Origin: Kiritimatiellia bacterium
Lineage (GTDB): Bacteria > Verrucomicrobiota > Kiritimatiellia > CAIQIC01 > Lenti-01
Assembly: GCA_050176815.1 (NCBI GenBank)
Contig: JBFXHR010000012.1
Location: forward strand, 15-64,014
DNA: 64,000 nucleotides
Direction: 5' to 3'
Positions 27,052 through 36,580 of this stretch are shown piece after piece (position 1 is the first letter of the stretch; the number at the start of each line of letters is the position of its first letter). Below the pieces are notes generated by a model. That model was not told the origin of the DNA, searched no databases, and saw only the letters and a program-made list of their open reading frames with translations. The translations under genes were made by a program, and so were the position numbers.

Positions 27052-28878
27052 CTATTCGCGATAGGGCGTTCCGGATCGATACAGATCCAGACGCTTCCGG
27101 ATCGCTTTCGCCTCTACCGGATCCGTTGTCAACGCCAATGCTTGCTCGCCGGCTTCGACGGCCCCCGCGAAATCCCCGGCGGCCGCGCGGGCCACGCCCA
27201 AGGTGTCCAGCATCGGCGCGAATTTTCCGTGGGTCCAAGCCACCGCGCGCTCCGCGTGTTCGGTTGCGCGCGCGCCCACTTCCGGCGTCGCCTCCGGATC
27301 CGTGGCCAGCAACCAGGCCAGATTGTTCAAGGCCCGCGCGGACAGCAAATCTTCTGCAACCGCCGCTTGGTAATGCCGGACGGCCTCTTTCTTGCGCCCC
27401 GCCGCGACCAGGGCGTTGGCGAGATTGACGCGCGCCTTGTTGCGCTTGGGCTGGATTTCGAGACTGCGCTGCAGATGGATTTCGGCTTCCGGCCAGCGGC
27501 CCTGCTCCATGTACCACATCCCCAGATTCCCGTGGGCAAGCGCATTGCGCTCCACAACGGAAATCACCTGCTGGAACAGGGTCTCCGTCGTCCGCCACAC
27601 GGCCGTCTGCCCGCGCGAAACCACCGCCAGCGCAATCGCCAGTACCGTCGCGGATGCCAGGAGGTAGGGACGCCTCTCCGAGGCGTCCGTTGACCTGCTT
27701 TGCCGGACGCCTTGGCAAGGCGTCCCTACCTGCCGGTCCCGGATTTTCCCCGCCCCCCAAACCGCCGCCACGATCAAACCAATATGCGGCAAATAGGTGT
27801 AGCGATCCGCCCAGGCCTGGCTCCCCACCTGCACCAGCCCGATCATCGGCACCAGCGCCCCTAAAAACCAGAACCAACCCACGGTCAACCAAGGCCGGCG
27901 GCGGAACTGGCCGGCCGCCCCCGCCGTCAAAACGGCCACCAACGCCAGCGAAACAGCCATCCGAAGCAGGGAATGGCCTCCGATCGGATGGGGATAGAAG
28001 GCGGCCAGGCCCGTTGGCCAAACCAGCATCCGCACGTACTCCGAATAGGCCACGCCCGCGTGGACGATACGCGTGGCCAACGGCAACACGTCCAATGCGC
28101 CAACGGCTCCGCCTTTCCCCTGCGCCCAAACCGTCGCGGCGCACGACCCGGCCGCCAGCGCGAACAACGGCCATTTTTCCGCCGCCAGTTTCCGCCACGG
28201 TTCCGCCGGCCAACGGCCCAGCGGCCAGACGTCCAGCAGCAGCAGCAGAAACGGAAGCGTCACCCAGGTCGGCTTGGCCATCAGGCTCAAGGCAAAAAAC
28301 ACCGCCACCGGGCCAATTCGAAACGTTGTAGGCCGGGTGCCCCCACCCGGCGCATTCCGTCCATGCATCCCCACCGCCAGCAGTCCGAACAGCATCGCCA
28401 ACACGTCCTTGCGCTCCGAAATCCAGACGACCGATTCCACGCGCAGCGGATGCACCGCCCACAGCGCCGCCGCCATCCACGACAACCCCGCGCGTCGCGT
28501 CATCCGGCGCAATGCCCAAAACAGCAAGATCGCGTTGGCCGCGTGCAGCAGCAGGTTCGTGAGATGGTGCCCGGCCGGATTCAAGCCGTACAGTTCCACG
28601 TCCGCCATGTGCGACAGCCAGGCTAGCGGGTGCCAGTTGGAGGCATGCCCCGTCGTCAAGGCCCAGCGAACGGCGGCGATCGTCAGCCCCTGCGCCACCT
28701 GCGGATTCTCGGTCACGTACACGTCGTCGTCGAACCGCACGAATCCGCATTCCAGCGCCCCGCCGAACGCGAAGAACACCAGCGCCGCCAGGCCCGCGGC
28801 GGCGACGGCCCCCCGCGCCCGCCGGGCCCTTTCCGGGAACGCCGTTTCCCCCAGCATCTCCTCGTTTCTTGCCGCCAT
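27052..28878 (-). CDS. TPR-repeat / GT-C (TMTC/PMT-like) membrane glycosyltransferase, paralog 3, carrying an in-frame REP insertion
   Basis: FVRFDDDVYVTENPQV...HLTNLLLHAANAILL...WAVHPLRVESVVWISERKDVLAMLF. C-terminal TPR repeats. Contains the extra loop segment ...VGTPCQGVRQSRSTDASERRPY... encoded by a REP element. Confidence 0.7.
   Translation of the reverse strand: MAARNEEMLGETAFPERARRARGAVAAAGLAALVFFAFGGALECGFVRFDDDVYVTENPQVAQGLTIAAVRWALTTGHASNWHPLAWLSHMADVELYGLNPAGHHLTNLLLHAANAILLFWALRRMTRRAGLSWMAAALWAVHPLRVESVVWISERKDVLAMLFGLLAVGMHGRNAPGGGTRPTTFRIGPVAVFFALSLMAKPTWVTLPFLLLLLDVWPLGRWPAEPWRKLAAEKWPLFALAAGSCAATVWAQGKGGAVGALDVLPLATRIVHAGVAYSEYVRMLVWPTGLAAFYPHPIGGHSLLRMAVSLALVAVLTAGAAGQFRRRPWLTVGWFWFLGALVPMIGLVQVGSQAWADRYTYLPHIGLIVAAVWGAGKIRDRQVGTPCQGVRQSRSTDASERRPYLLASATVLAIALAVVSRGQTAVWRTTETLFQQVISVVERNALAHGNLGMWYMEQGRWPEAEIHLQRSLEIQPKRNKARVNLANALVAAGRKKEAVRHYQAAVAEDLLSARALNNLAWLLATDPEATPEVGARATEHAERAVAWTHGKFAPMLDTLGVARAAAGDFAGAVEAGEQALALTTDPVEAKAIRKRLDLYRSGTPYRE
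27660..27728. repeat. REP-like compound palindromic element, copy 3, located inside CDS 27052..28878 and translated in-frame
   Basis: ggtaggGACGCCTCtccGAGGCGTCcgttgacctgctttgccGGACGCCTTGgcaAGGCGTCCctacc. The reverse complement translates in the gene frame as QVGTPCQGVRQSRSTDASERRPYLL. Confidence 0.6.
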
Positions 28879-29055
28879 GCCCCCTATTGATGGCAGGAGC
28901 GCCAGCCGGATGCAAGTCCCGCCCGGCCCGGGCGCCCCCGCCGGTCCACGGACGTCGCCTTCGGGAATGGCGCGCCCGGAACCCGAAACGAGCCCTTGAC
29001 TTTTTAATCCAATGTTGTACTATCCGATATCGAATCATTGATTGGACCCCACGAG

Positions 29056-29553
29056 ATGACCCAGCCCAAGCCCCATCCCGATCCGCGGTTTCGCCGCGAC
29101 TGCGCCCATCTGGACCGCGTGCCCGCCGGCAGCATGCTGCCGTTGTGGCGGCGCGTCCACCAGGAGCTGATGATCCGCGGCCAGAAATGGAAGCTGCCCG
29201 CCAACGTGGCCCTGGTTCTCGTCCATCTGCATCTCCATCCCGAGGATTCCGAGCCGGCCTCCATGGCCGCCGCCAACTATTTTCCCCGCCAAACCATCAC
29301 CTTCATCCTCGACGCCCTGGAACGGGAAGGCCTGGCCACCCGCCAACCCCACCCCAACGACCGGCGCCGCAAACTCGTCGCGCTGACGCCCAAGGGTAAG
29401 AAAAAGGCCGAGGAGATGGTCCAAGACATGATCCGCTTCGAGTCCGCCGCCCTCCGCACCATCGAAGACGTGGATATCCCGCGCCTCCAATCCTTCCTCG
29501 CCCGCTATGCCGACGCCTTGGCCGCCCAAAACGACCGCGATTTCAAGCCTTGA
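29056..29553 (+). CDS. MarR-family transcriptional regulator
   Basis: Winged-helix region LPANVALVLVHLHLHPEDSEPASMAAANYFPRQTITFILDALEREGLATRQPHPNDRRRKLVALTPKG. The stop overlaps the next gene start. Confidence 0.7.
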   Translation: MTQPKPHPDPRFRRDCAHLDRVPAGSMLPLWRRVHQELMIRGQKWKLPANVALVLVHLHLHPEDSEPASMAAANYFPRQTITFILDALEREGLATRQPHPNDRRRKLVALTPKGKKKAEEMVQDMIRFESAALRTIEDVDIPRLQSFLARYADALAAQNDRDFKP

Positions 29554-30947
29554 AAGGAATGTCCATGCGTTTTCCCTCCATCGTCCTTCCGGCCGCCGGC
29601 CTGCTTCTGTCCGGATGGCTGGCGTCCGGCTGCCGCAGCTTCGAGCCGGAGCGCGCCCGCCGCGAGCAAACCGAGGCGTTCGCCTCGAATCTCGCCGTCC
29701 TCGCCGAGGCCGAACTGGCCAAGCCCCTCTCGCTCGACGACTGCATCCGCATCGCCATGACCAACAACTACGCGGTGCGCAAGGCCGACCTCGACCGCGA
29801 ACTCTACCGCATCGGCAAAAACGTCGCCTTCACCGCCTTCCTGCCGAACGTCGCCGTTTCCGCCGGATATAGTTCCTACGACAAGGAAGTGCCGCAGCAG
29901 CACGAAAAACGGTTTGGCACCGCCGACCTCGCGGCCAGCATGCCGATTTTCATGCCGTCCACCTGGTTCCTCTACGCGGCCGCCCGCCACGGCTACGCCG
30001 CCGCCGGCGTCGCCGCCCACTACGTGCGCCAAGGCATCGTCCTGCAAACCAGCATCGATTACTACAACGTCCTCGTCCAGCGGGACACCATCGCCGCGCT
30101 GGAAAGCCAGCTCGAAGCCGCGCGCGAAACCGCCGGCCGCGTGTCCGGCCTCGCCGACGAAGGTCTCGTGGCGAAGTGGGAGGGCGACCAGGCGGTCTTC
30201 GCCGCCGAACTGCGCGAAACCGAGCTGAACCGCGCCCGCCGCCAGCTCGCCGTCCTCCGCGGCGAACTGCTCCAGGGCCTGGGCCTCTCCCCCGACGCTC
30301 CCCTCGAGCTGTCCGGCGAAAGCGGCGAAAAATCCATGCCCGAAGGCTCCGTCGAGGATCTCGTCTTGAAGGCCCTCGAAATCCATCCCGAACTGGCCAT
30401 CGCCGACCGGCAGGTCGTCATCCAGGACCACCAGGTGCGACAGGCGTTCTGCAACTTCCTGCCGACGATCTCCCTCTTCTCCACCGGCTCGTGGACGGGA
30501 AACGACCTGGCCACCCACGCCGAAAACTGGGTCTCCGGATTCAGCGGCGCGTGGACGCTCTTCGACGGCCTCGCCAACGTCGCGCGCTACCGGGCCGCCA
30601 AGGTCGAACGGCAGCAGACGAAGCTCGAACGCGAGAACGCCTTTCTCTCCGTCATGGTCGGCGTCGTCGCCGCCGAGGCCGCCGCGCGCGACGCCGCCGA
30701 AGGCGCCCGCGTCCGCCGGCGCGCCTACGACGTCGCCGCCGCCAAATGGGCGGACTACGACGCCAAGGCCCGCGAAGGCCTCATTCCCCTTGGCGACGCG
30801 CTCGACGCGCGCGGCGCCATGGACCTCGCGCAGGTCGCGCTCGTCCAAAGCCGATATCAGGAAAAAATCGCCATCGCCAACCTCGAACTGGCCATGGGCC
30901 TCACCCTCGTCCCCGAACCCCGGAATGCAACGAAAGCAGAGAAGTAA
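29550..30947 (+). CDS. TolC-like outer-membrane efflux factor lipoprotein
   Basis: Signal peptide plus lipobox LASGC. Two-repeat OEP architecture with coiled-coil segments. 465 aa. Confidence 0.7.
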   Translation: MKGMSMRFPSIVLPAAGLLLSGWLASGCRSFEPERARREQTEAFASNLAVLAEAELAKPLSLDDCIRIAMTNNYAVRKADLDRELYRIGKNVAFTAFLPNVAVSAGYSSYDKEVPQQHEKRFGTADLAASMPIFMPSTWFLYAAARHGYAAAGVAAHYVRQGIVLQTSIDYYNVLVQRDTIAALESQLEAARETAGRVSGLADEGLVAKWEGDQAVFAAELRETELNRARRQLAVLRGELLQGLGLSPDAPLELSGESGEKSMPEGSVEDLVLKALEIHPELAIADRQVVIQDHQVRQAFCNFLPTISLFSTGSWTGNDLATHAENWVSGFSGAWTLFDGLANVARYRAAKVERQQTKLERENAFLSVMVGVVAAEAAARDAAEGARVRRRAYDVAAAKWADYDAKAREGLIPLGDALDARGAMDLAQVALVQSRYQEKIAIANLELAMGLTLVPEPRNATKAEK

Positions 30948-30948
30948 C

Positions 30949-32118
30949 ATGAAACCCAACCGCATCGCCCTTGCCCTCCTCGCCGCCGCGCTGTCCGCCG
31001 CCGTCCTCGCGGCCGGCTGCGGAAAAACGGAATCCGCCGCCGCAACGGAAGAAACCGTCCGCGCCCTGGCCGTCCGCGCCCAAGCCGTCGCCCCGCGCGA
31101 TTTCGAGCGCCGATTGACCGTGCAGGGCACGCTCGAAGCCGAAAACTTCGCCCACGTGGCTTCCCGCGCCGACGGCAACCTCGACGCCATCTGGGTGGAC
31201 GAAGGCGACGCCGTCGTCGCCGGCGAGACCGCCCTCTTCCAGGTCGATGCCGCCAACCGCGAAAACGCCGTGGCCATCGCCCGGCAGGATCTCGCCGTCG
31301 CCCAGGCTTCCCTCGCGGTCTCCCAGGCCTCCGCCGCCAAGGTCGAAGCCGAATCCCGCAAGGCCACGCTCGATTTCGAGCGCTACGAACGCCTGCACAA
31401 GGACGGCAAAGTCAGTCCCAACGAATTCGAAGCCGCCCAAGTCGCCCGCGCCCAGGCCCAGGCCGGCATCGCCGTCGCCGAGGCGCAGGTGGATCTCGCC
31501 GAGCGCCAGGTCAAGCAGGCCGAGGCCTCCCTGGCCATCGCGGAGAAAAACCTCGCCGACACGAAGATCGTTGCGCCGATCTCGGGCGTGGTCAGCTCCC
31601 GCACCGCCGAGCCCGGCGAGCAGATGTCCGTCGGCAAGGTCCTCCTGCGCATCGACGATCTCGCCAGGGTCGAAGCCGCCGCCTACCTCCCCGCGCAATA
31701 CTATCCCGACGTGGCGCCCGGCCAAACCATGTTCCGCCTCGGCGTCGGCGGCCGCGAAGCCGGCACGCACGTGGTCACCTACCGCAGCCCCACCATCGAC
31801 CCCACCCTGCGCACCTTCGAAATCAAAGGGCTCGTCGAAAACGCCGGCGGCCTCGCCGTCCCCGGCCAAATGGCCGACGTGACCCTCGTCTTCGAAACCC
31901 GCAAGGGCCTGGCCGTGCCGTCCGCCGCCGTCCTCGTCCGCGCCGGCCAAACGGTCGCCTTCGTCGCGCAAGACGGCCGGGCCGTCGCCCGCCCCGTCGA
32001 AACCGGCCTCCAAAACGACGGCTGGACCGAAATCCGTTCGGGCCTCGAACCCGGCGAAACCGTCGTCGTCGAAGGCCAAACCCAGCTGCACGACGGCATG
32101 GCCGTCGACGTGCTTTGA
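30949..32118 (+). CDS. RND efflux membrane fusion protein (periplasmic adaptor, AcrA/HlyD family)
   Basis: Lipoprotein signal LAAGC. Coiled-coil hairpin (LAVAQASLAVSQASAAKVEAE...), lipoyl and beta-barrel domains. Start at ATG 30949. Confidence 0.8.
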   Translation: MKPNRIALALLAAALSAAVLAAGCGKTESAAATEETVRALAVRAQAVAPRDFERRLTVQGTLEAENFAHVASRADGNLDAIWVDEGDAVVAGETALFQVDAANRENAVAIARQDLAVAQASLAVSQASAAKVEAESRKATLDFERYERLHKDGKVSPNEFEAAQVARAQAQAGIAVAEAQVDLAERQVKQAEASLAIAEKNLADTKIVAPISGVVSSRTAEPGEQMSVGKVLLRIDDLARVEAAAYLPAQYYPDVAPGQTMFRLGVGGREAGTHVVTYRSPTIDPTLRTFEIKGLVENAGGLAVPGQMADVTLVFETRKGLAVPSAAVLVRAGQTVAFVAQDGRAVARPVETGLQNDGWTEIRSGLEPGETVVVEGQTQLHDGMAVDVL

Positions 32119-32287
32119 GAAAACTGCCATGAACAGCCATTCCTCTCACGGAGATGCACAGAGGTTCACGGAGGAGGGCATCTTGTCGGCTTCGCTCCGT
32201 AAACCTCTGTGGTCCTCTGCGAGAGAAAACTCTTTGGGCGGTTTGTTTTTTGATTTTGCCGCCATCCATTAATTAGGAGCCCCCCCC

Positions 32288-35200
32288 ATGTTCCTCGCCA
32301 ACGCCTCCACCAAACGCCCGATCGCGATGGGCTGCCTGCTCATCGCCCTCATCGGGCTCGGCCTCAATTCGTTCCGCAAGATTCCCATCGAAAACATGCC
32401 CGCGGTGGACATCCCCTACGTCGCCGTCGTCACCACCTGGGTCGGCGCCTCGCCCGAGGACGTCGAAAAGGACGTCACCAAGCCCATCGAAGACGCCGTC
32501 TCCGGCATCGACGGCCTCAAGCACATCGAATCGTCCAGCATGGACAACGTCTCGCAGGTCGTCCTCGAGTTCAACCTCGCGGTCGACGTCGACGTCGCCG
32601 CGCAGGACGTCCGCGAAAAAATCGATTTCGTCCTCAGCAAGCTGCCGGAAGACGCGGACCGCCCGGCGATCATGAAAATCAACATCAACGCGTCGCCCAT
32701 CGCCAACGTGTTCCTCTCCGGCGATGCGCCCCTCGACGATTTGTACGACTACGCCGACAACGTCGTCGCCGACCGCTTCGCCACCGTGCCCGGCGTGGGC
32801 GAAGTCCAGATCATCGGCGGCAACGAGCGCGAGGTGTGGGTCGAGCTCGACCGCGACGCCCTCGGCGCCGCCGGCCTGACCACCGCCGACGTCGTCGGCG
32901 CGCTCCAGGGCGGCATCCTCAACCTCCCCGGCGGCCGCATCCGCGAAGCCGGCAGCGAATATTTCATCCGCTTCGACGCCGAATACGAAAACGCCGCCGA
33001 CATCGCCGATCTCGAAGTCGCCAACCGCGACGGCGCCCGCCGCCGCCTCGGCGACCTGGGCACCGTCCGTTTCGCCACCGAAGAAGTCCGCCAGCGCGCC
33101 ATCCTCGACGGCCAGCAGGGCATCGTGCTCAAGATCGTCAAGAAAGCCGACGCCAACATCGTCGCGCTCGTCCGCGAAATCCAAAAGCGCTACGAAGACA
33201 TCCGCCCCACCCTGCCCGGCGGCATGGAACTGACGTGGATCTCCGACGAATCGGCCACCATCCGCGAATCGGTGGCTTCCGCCGTCTCCGCGGTCTGGCA
33301 GGCCGTGCTGATCTGCGCCATCGTCCTGTTCGTGTTCCTCGTCAACGTCCGCACCACCATCATCGTGGCCATCACGATGCCGGTCACCATCGTCGTCAGC
33401 CTCTTCTTCATGCAGCTCGCCGGCCAGACCCTGAACATGCCCACCCTGATGGCCATCGGGCTGTCCACCGGCGTGCTGGTGTCCAACTCCATCGTCGTGC
33501 TGGAAAACATCGTCGAAAAATTCGAGACGATGGACAACCACTGGGAGGCCGCGCGCATCGGCACGTCCGAAGTCGCCGTGGCCGTGCTGGCCTCCGCCGG
33601 CACCAACGTCATCGTGATGTTCCCCATCGCCATGATGTCCAGCCTCGCCGGCCGCATGCTGGCGCCCTTCGCCATCGCCACGCTCATCGTCAATGCCGTC
33701 TCCATTTTGACCAGCTTCACCCTCACCCCCATCCTCGCCGCCCTGCTGCTCGAGCCCGCCTCCCGGCGCCGCGACAACGCCTTCGTCCGCTTCGGCCGGC
33801 GCTGGAGCGGCGGCTTCGACCGCTTCGGCCGCGGCTTCACCGGCGTCATGCGCCGCATCGCCGCCCATAAGCGCTACAACCTCCCCGTCGTCCTCGGCTT
33901 CGTCGCCCTCTTCTTCTTCACCATGAAAGTCGGCGGCGGCCGCCTCGGCTTCAGCTTCTTCGAAACCGCCGACGAAGGACGCGTCTTCATCCGCGTCGAA
34001 CTCCCGCCCTACTACGACCTGGAGCAGACCGTCGCGCGCATCGAAAAGATCCAGGCGCGCCTCGGGGAATTTTCCGACATCGAGCACGTCCTTACCACCG
34101 CCGGCAAAGCCGAATCCATGAGCGGCCAGGCCAGCGAAGGCGTCTACATGGGCCAGATCGAGCTGATGTTCAAATCCAAGCTCGAGCGCGACTGGAAGAT
34201 CCAGGACCGCCTGTCCGAAATCCGCGCGCTCCTGAGCGACGAGACCGACTGCATGATTTCCGCCTCCGTCCCCGGCCACATGGGCGGGCAGTCGTTCCAG
34301 ATCGACCAGAACCTCGTCGGCGAAGATCTCGACGTGCTCGACGCCACCGCGCTGGCCATCCAGGCCGCGGCCCGCGACATCCCCGGCGTGGACCAGCTCC
34401 AAACCACCGTGCGCGACACCAAGCCCGAAATCCGCGTGGTGCCCAAGCGCACCGTGCTCTCCGATCTCGGCCTGCCGGCCGCCCGCCTCGCCGCCATCGT
34501 CCGCGGCAACGTCGAAGGCATCGAAGCCGCCGACTTCAAGCGCGGCGACCGCACCTACGACGTCCGCGTCAAGCTCGCCGAACGGCCCGGCAAGGACCAG
34601 ATCCGCCAGTTCCTCCTGCCCGGCGCCGACGGCCGCCCCATTCCGCTGGAAACCGTCGCCGACGTCGTGGACGACCGCGCCAAGATCCAGATCTACCGCG
34701 TGGACAAGCAGCGCACCGTCAAGATCCTCGGCGACATCCAGGAAGGCTACACCATGTCCGGCATCGGCAACGAAATCGAGCGCGCCATCGCCGACCAGGC
34801 GCTCCTGCCCGCCGGCTACACCTTCACAAGTTCCGGCATGAGCGAAATGCTCGGCGAAGTCGTCGCCGACTTCGGCGAGGCCATCCTGCTGGCCACCTTC
34901 CTCACCCTGTTGACCCTCTCCGCCATCCTCGAATCGTGGAGCCGTCCCGGCTTCGTGCTGCTCACCCTGCCCATGGCCCTGATCGGCGTCGTCGGGGCCT
35001 TGGCCATCGGCCAGTTCGCCCTGACCATTTTCGCCCTGCTCGGCATCCTGATGCTGATCGGCATCGTCGTGAACCCCGCCATTCTCATCGTGGACAAGAT
35101 GGCCCAGCACATCCGCGAAGGCACCTGCCGCCGCGAGGCCATGCTGACCGCCATGGCCGAGCAGTTCCGCCCCGTCCTGATGGTGATCCTGGCCTCCGGT

Positions 35201-35395
35201 CTCGGCATGCTGCCGATGGCCATCAGCCGCGGCATCGGCTCCGAAAACCGCGCCGGCATCGGCACCGCCTCCGTCGCCGGCGTCCTCGTCGCCGGCGCCC
35301 TCACCATGCTCGTCCTGCCGCTGATCTACACCCTCTTCACCGGCAAACCCAAAGCCACCCGACCGGACGACGCCAAGGAACCTTGCAAAGATTGA
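32288..35395 (+). CDS. RND-family efflux transporter permease (HAE1/AcrB-like)
   Basis: 1035 aa, 12-TM plus two large periplasmic loops. Conserved N-terminus MFLANASTKRPIAMGCLLIALIGLGLNSF typical of AcrB/CzcA-type pumps. Confidence 0.9.
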   Translation: MFLANASTKRPIAMGCLLIALIGLGLNSFRKIPIENMPAVDIPYVAVVTTWVGASPEDVEKDVTKPIEDAVSGIDGLKHIESSSMDNVSQVVLEFNLAVDVDVAAQDVREKIDFVLSKLPEDADRPAIMKININASPIANVFLSGDAPLDDLYDYADNVVADRFATVPGVGEVQIIGGNEREVWVELDRDALGAAGLTTADVVGALQGGILNLPGGRIREAGSEYFIRFDAEYENAADIADLEVANRDGARRRLGDLGTVRFATEEVRQRAILDGQQGIVLKIVKKADANIVALVREIQKRYEDIRPTLPGGMELTWISDESATIRESVASAVSAVWQAVLICAIVLFVFLVNVRTTIIVAITMPVTIVVSLFFMQLAGQTLNMPTLMAIGLSTGVLVSNSIVVLENIVEKFETMDNHWEAARIGTSEVAVAVLASAGTNVIVMFPIAMMSSLAGRMLAPFAIATLIVNAVSILTSFTLTPILAALLLEPASRRRDNAFVRFGRRWSGGFDRFGRGFTGVMRRIAAHKRYNLPVVLGFVALFFFTMKVGGGRLGFSFFETADEGRVFIRVELPPYYDLEQTVARIEKIQARLGEFSDIEHVLTTAGKAESMSGQASEGVYMGQIELMFKSKLERDWKIQDRLSEIRALLSDETDCMISASVPGHMGGQSFQIDQNLVGEDLDVLDATALAIQAAARDIPGVDQLQTTVRDTKPEIRVVPKRTVLSDLGLPAARLAAIVRGNVEGIEAADFKRGDRTYDVRVKLAERPGKDQIRQFLLPGADGRPIPLETVADVVDDRAKIQIYRVDKQRTVKILGDIQEGYTMSGIGNEIERAIADQALLPAGYTFTSSGMSEMLGEVVADFGEAILLATFLTLLTLSAILESWSRPGFVLLTLPMALIGVVGALAIGQFALTIFALLGILMLIGIVVNPAILIVDKMAQHIREGTCRREAMLTAMAEQFRPVLMVILASGLGMLPMAISRGIGSENRAGIGTASVAGVLVAGALTMLVLPLIYTLFTGKPKATRPDDAKEPCKD

Positions 35396-35417
35396 ATCCC
35401 GGCATATTCTACCTCCC

Positions 35418-36563
35418 ATGCGCATCCTGCATCTCGTCAGCAACTTCCGGTGGACTGAACGCATCGAGCCTGCGGCCGATCTGGCGATTGCCCAACGCCA
35501 GCTCGGCCACGACGTGCGCTACGCCTGCGGACACAACAAGGGCGCGCCGCCCGAGGACTGCATCCAGGGCCGCGCCGCCCGCAAGGGACTCGTTTTCGAC
35601 GACCGCTTCGTTTTCGACAAGCACTTCCGCCCCCTGTCGGCATGGAAGGACCTGGCCCGGCTTAACCAGTACATCGCCGATTTCAGGCCCGACGTCGTCC
35701 ATTGCCATCTGCCCAACGACCACATGCTCGCGGCCCTGGCCATCCGCCACACGTCGCCCCGGCCGCTCCTCGTGCGGACGCTCTACGAGCCGGACGGCCC
35801 GCAGTGGCCCCTGCGGTACAAATTCATCAGCAGCCCGCCCACGGACGGCCTGATCCTCGTGACGGAGCAAACCCGCCCCCGGACGGGCCCGCGCTTTGCC
35901 GAACGTCCGGATCGCGTCGCGGTTCTGGTGCCCGGCATCGACGTCGACGAATTCGACGGACGCCGCGACCTGGGCAAGCTGGACCACGTCGCGGGGCCGG
36001 CCGGCTCGTTCGTCGCCGGCATGGTTACCTCGATCAACCAGCGCCGGCGCGTGGATCTGGCGCTGGAGGCCGTCGCCCTGCTGGCGCCCCGCCATCCCCG
36101 CCTGCGCCTGCTCATCGCCGGCCGCGGCAAAGTCGACGTCTTCGTTTGGGAACCCGCCCGCCGCCTCGGCATCGCCGACCGGATCCTTCTCCCCGGCTAT
36201 TGCCGGAACGACGACCTCGTCAGGGCCTACCACACGATGGATGCCCTCCTCTATCCCTTCCACGGCACCGACCAGTCCTGCCGGACCGTGCGCGAAGCGT
36301 TGGCGTCCGGCTTTCCCGTCGTCGCCTCGGCCCTCGGCATCGTGCCGGATCTCGTGAAAGACGGCGAAACGGGATTCCTGTCCGAATTCAACGCCCCCGC
36401 CCTGGCCGGCGCGCTGGAAAAACTGCTGCGTCTCGATCCCGCGCGGCGGGCCCGAATGGCCGCGCAGGCCACCGCCGACGCCCGCGCGCGGTTCAGCCGA
36501 ACCACGCAAGCCCGGTTGGTTCTCGAGTTCTACGAAAGGCTGCGCCGGTTGAGAACCGCCTGA
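35418..36563 (+). CDS. GT4-family glycosyltransferase (glycosyl transferase group 1)
   Basis: MRILHLVSNFRWTERIEP... N-terminal GT-B domain. C-terminal EX7E-like region (LYPFHGTDQSCRTVREALASGFPVVASALGIVPDLVKDGETGFL). Confidence 0.7.
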   Translation: MRILHLVSNFRWTERIEPAADLAIAQRQLGHDVRYACGHNKGAPPEDCIQGRAARKGLVFDDRFVFDKHFRPLSAWKDLARLNQYIADFRPDVVHCHLPNDHMLAALAIRHTSPRPLLVRTLYEPDGPQWPLRYKFISSPPTDGLILVTEQTRPRTGPRFAERPDRVAVLVPGIDVDEFDGRRDLGKLDHVAGPAGSFVAGMVTSINQRRRVDLALEAVALLAPRHPRLRLLIAGRGKVDVFVWEPARRLGIADRILLPGYCRNDDLVRAYHTMDALLYPFHGTDQSCRTVREALASGFPVVASALGIVPDLVKDGETGFLSEFNAPALAGALEKLLRLDPARRARMAAQATADARARFSRTTQARLVLEFYERLRRLRTA

Positions 36564-36580
36564 CCGGACCGGATGCCTCC

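Noticed and set aside
32273-35464. 1063-aa minus-strand ORF antisense to the RND permease
   Set aside because: Gly/Asp/Ala repetitive translation. The RND gene on the plus strand is unambiguous.
35702-36580. N-terminal 293-aa extension of ORF 35702..37135 in front of the PagL-like gene
   Set aside because: Overlaps the GT4 gene in another frame and is Pro/Arg-rich. The true start is MIRTTVPVAALALLL (signal peptide) at 36581.
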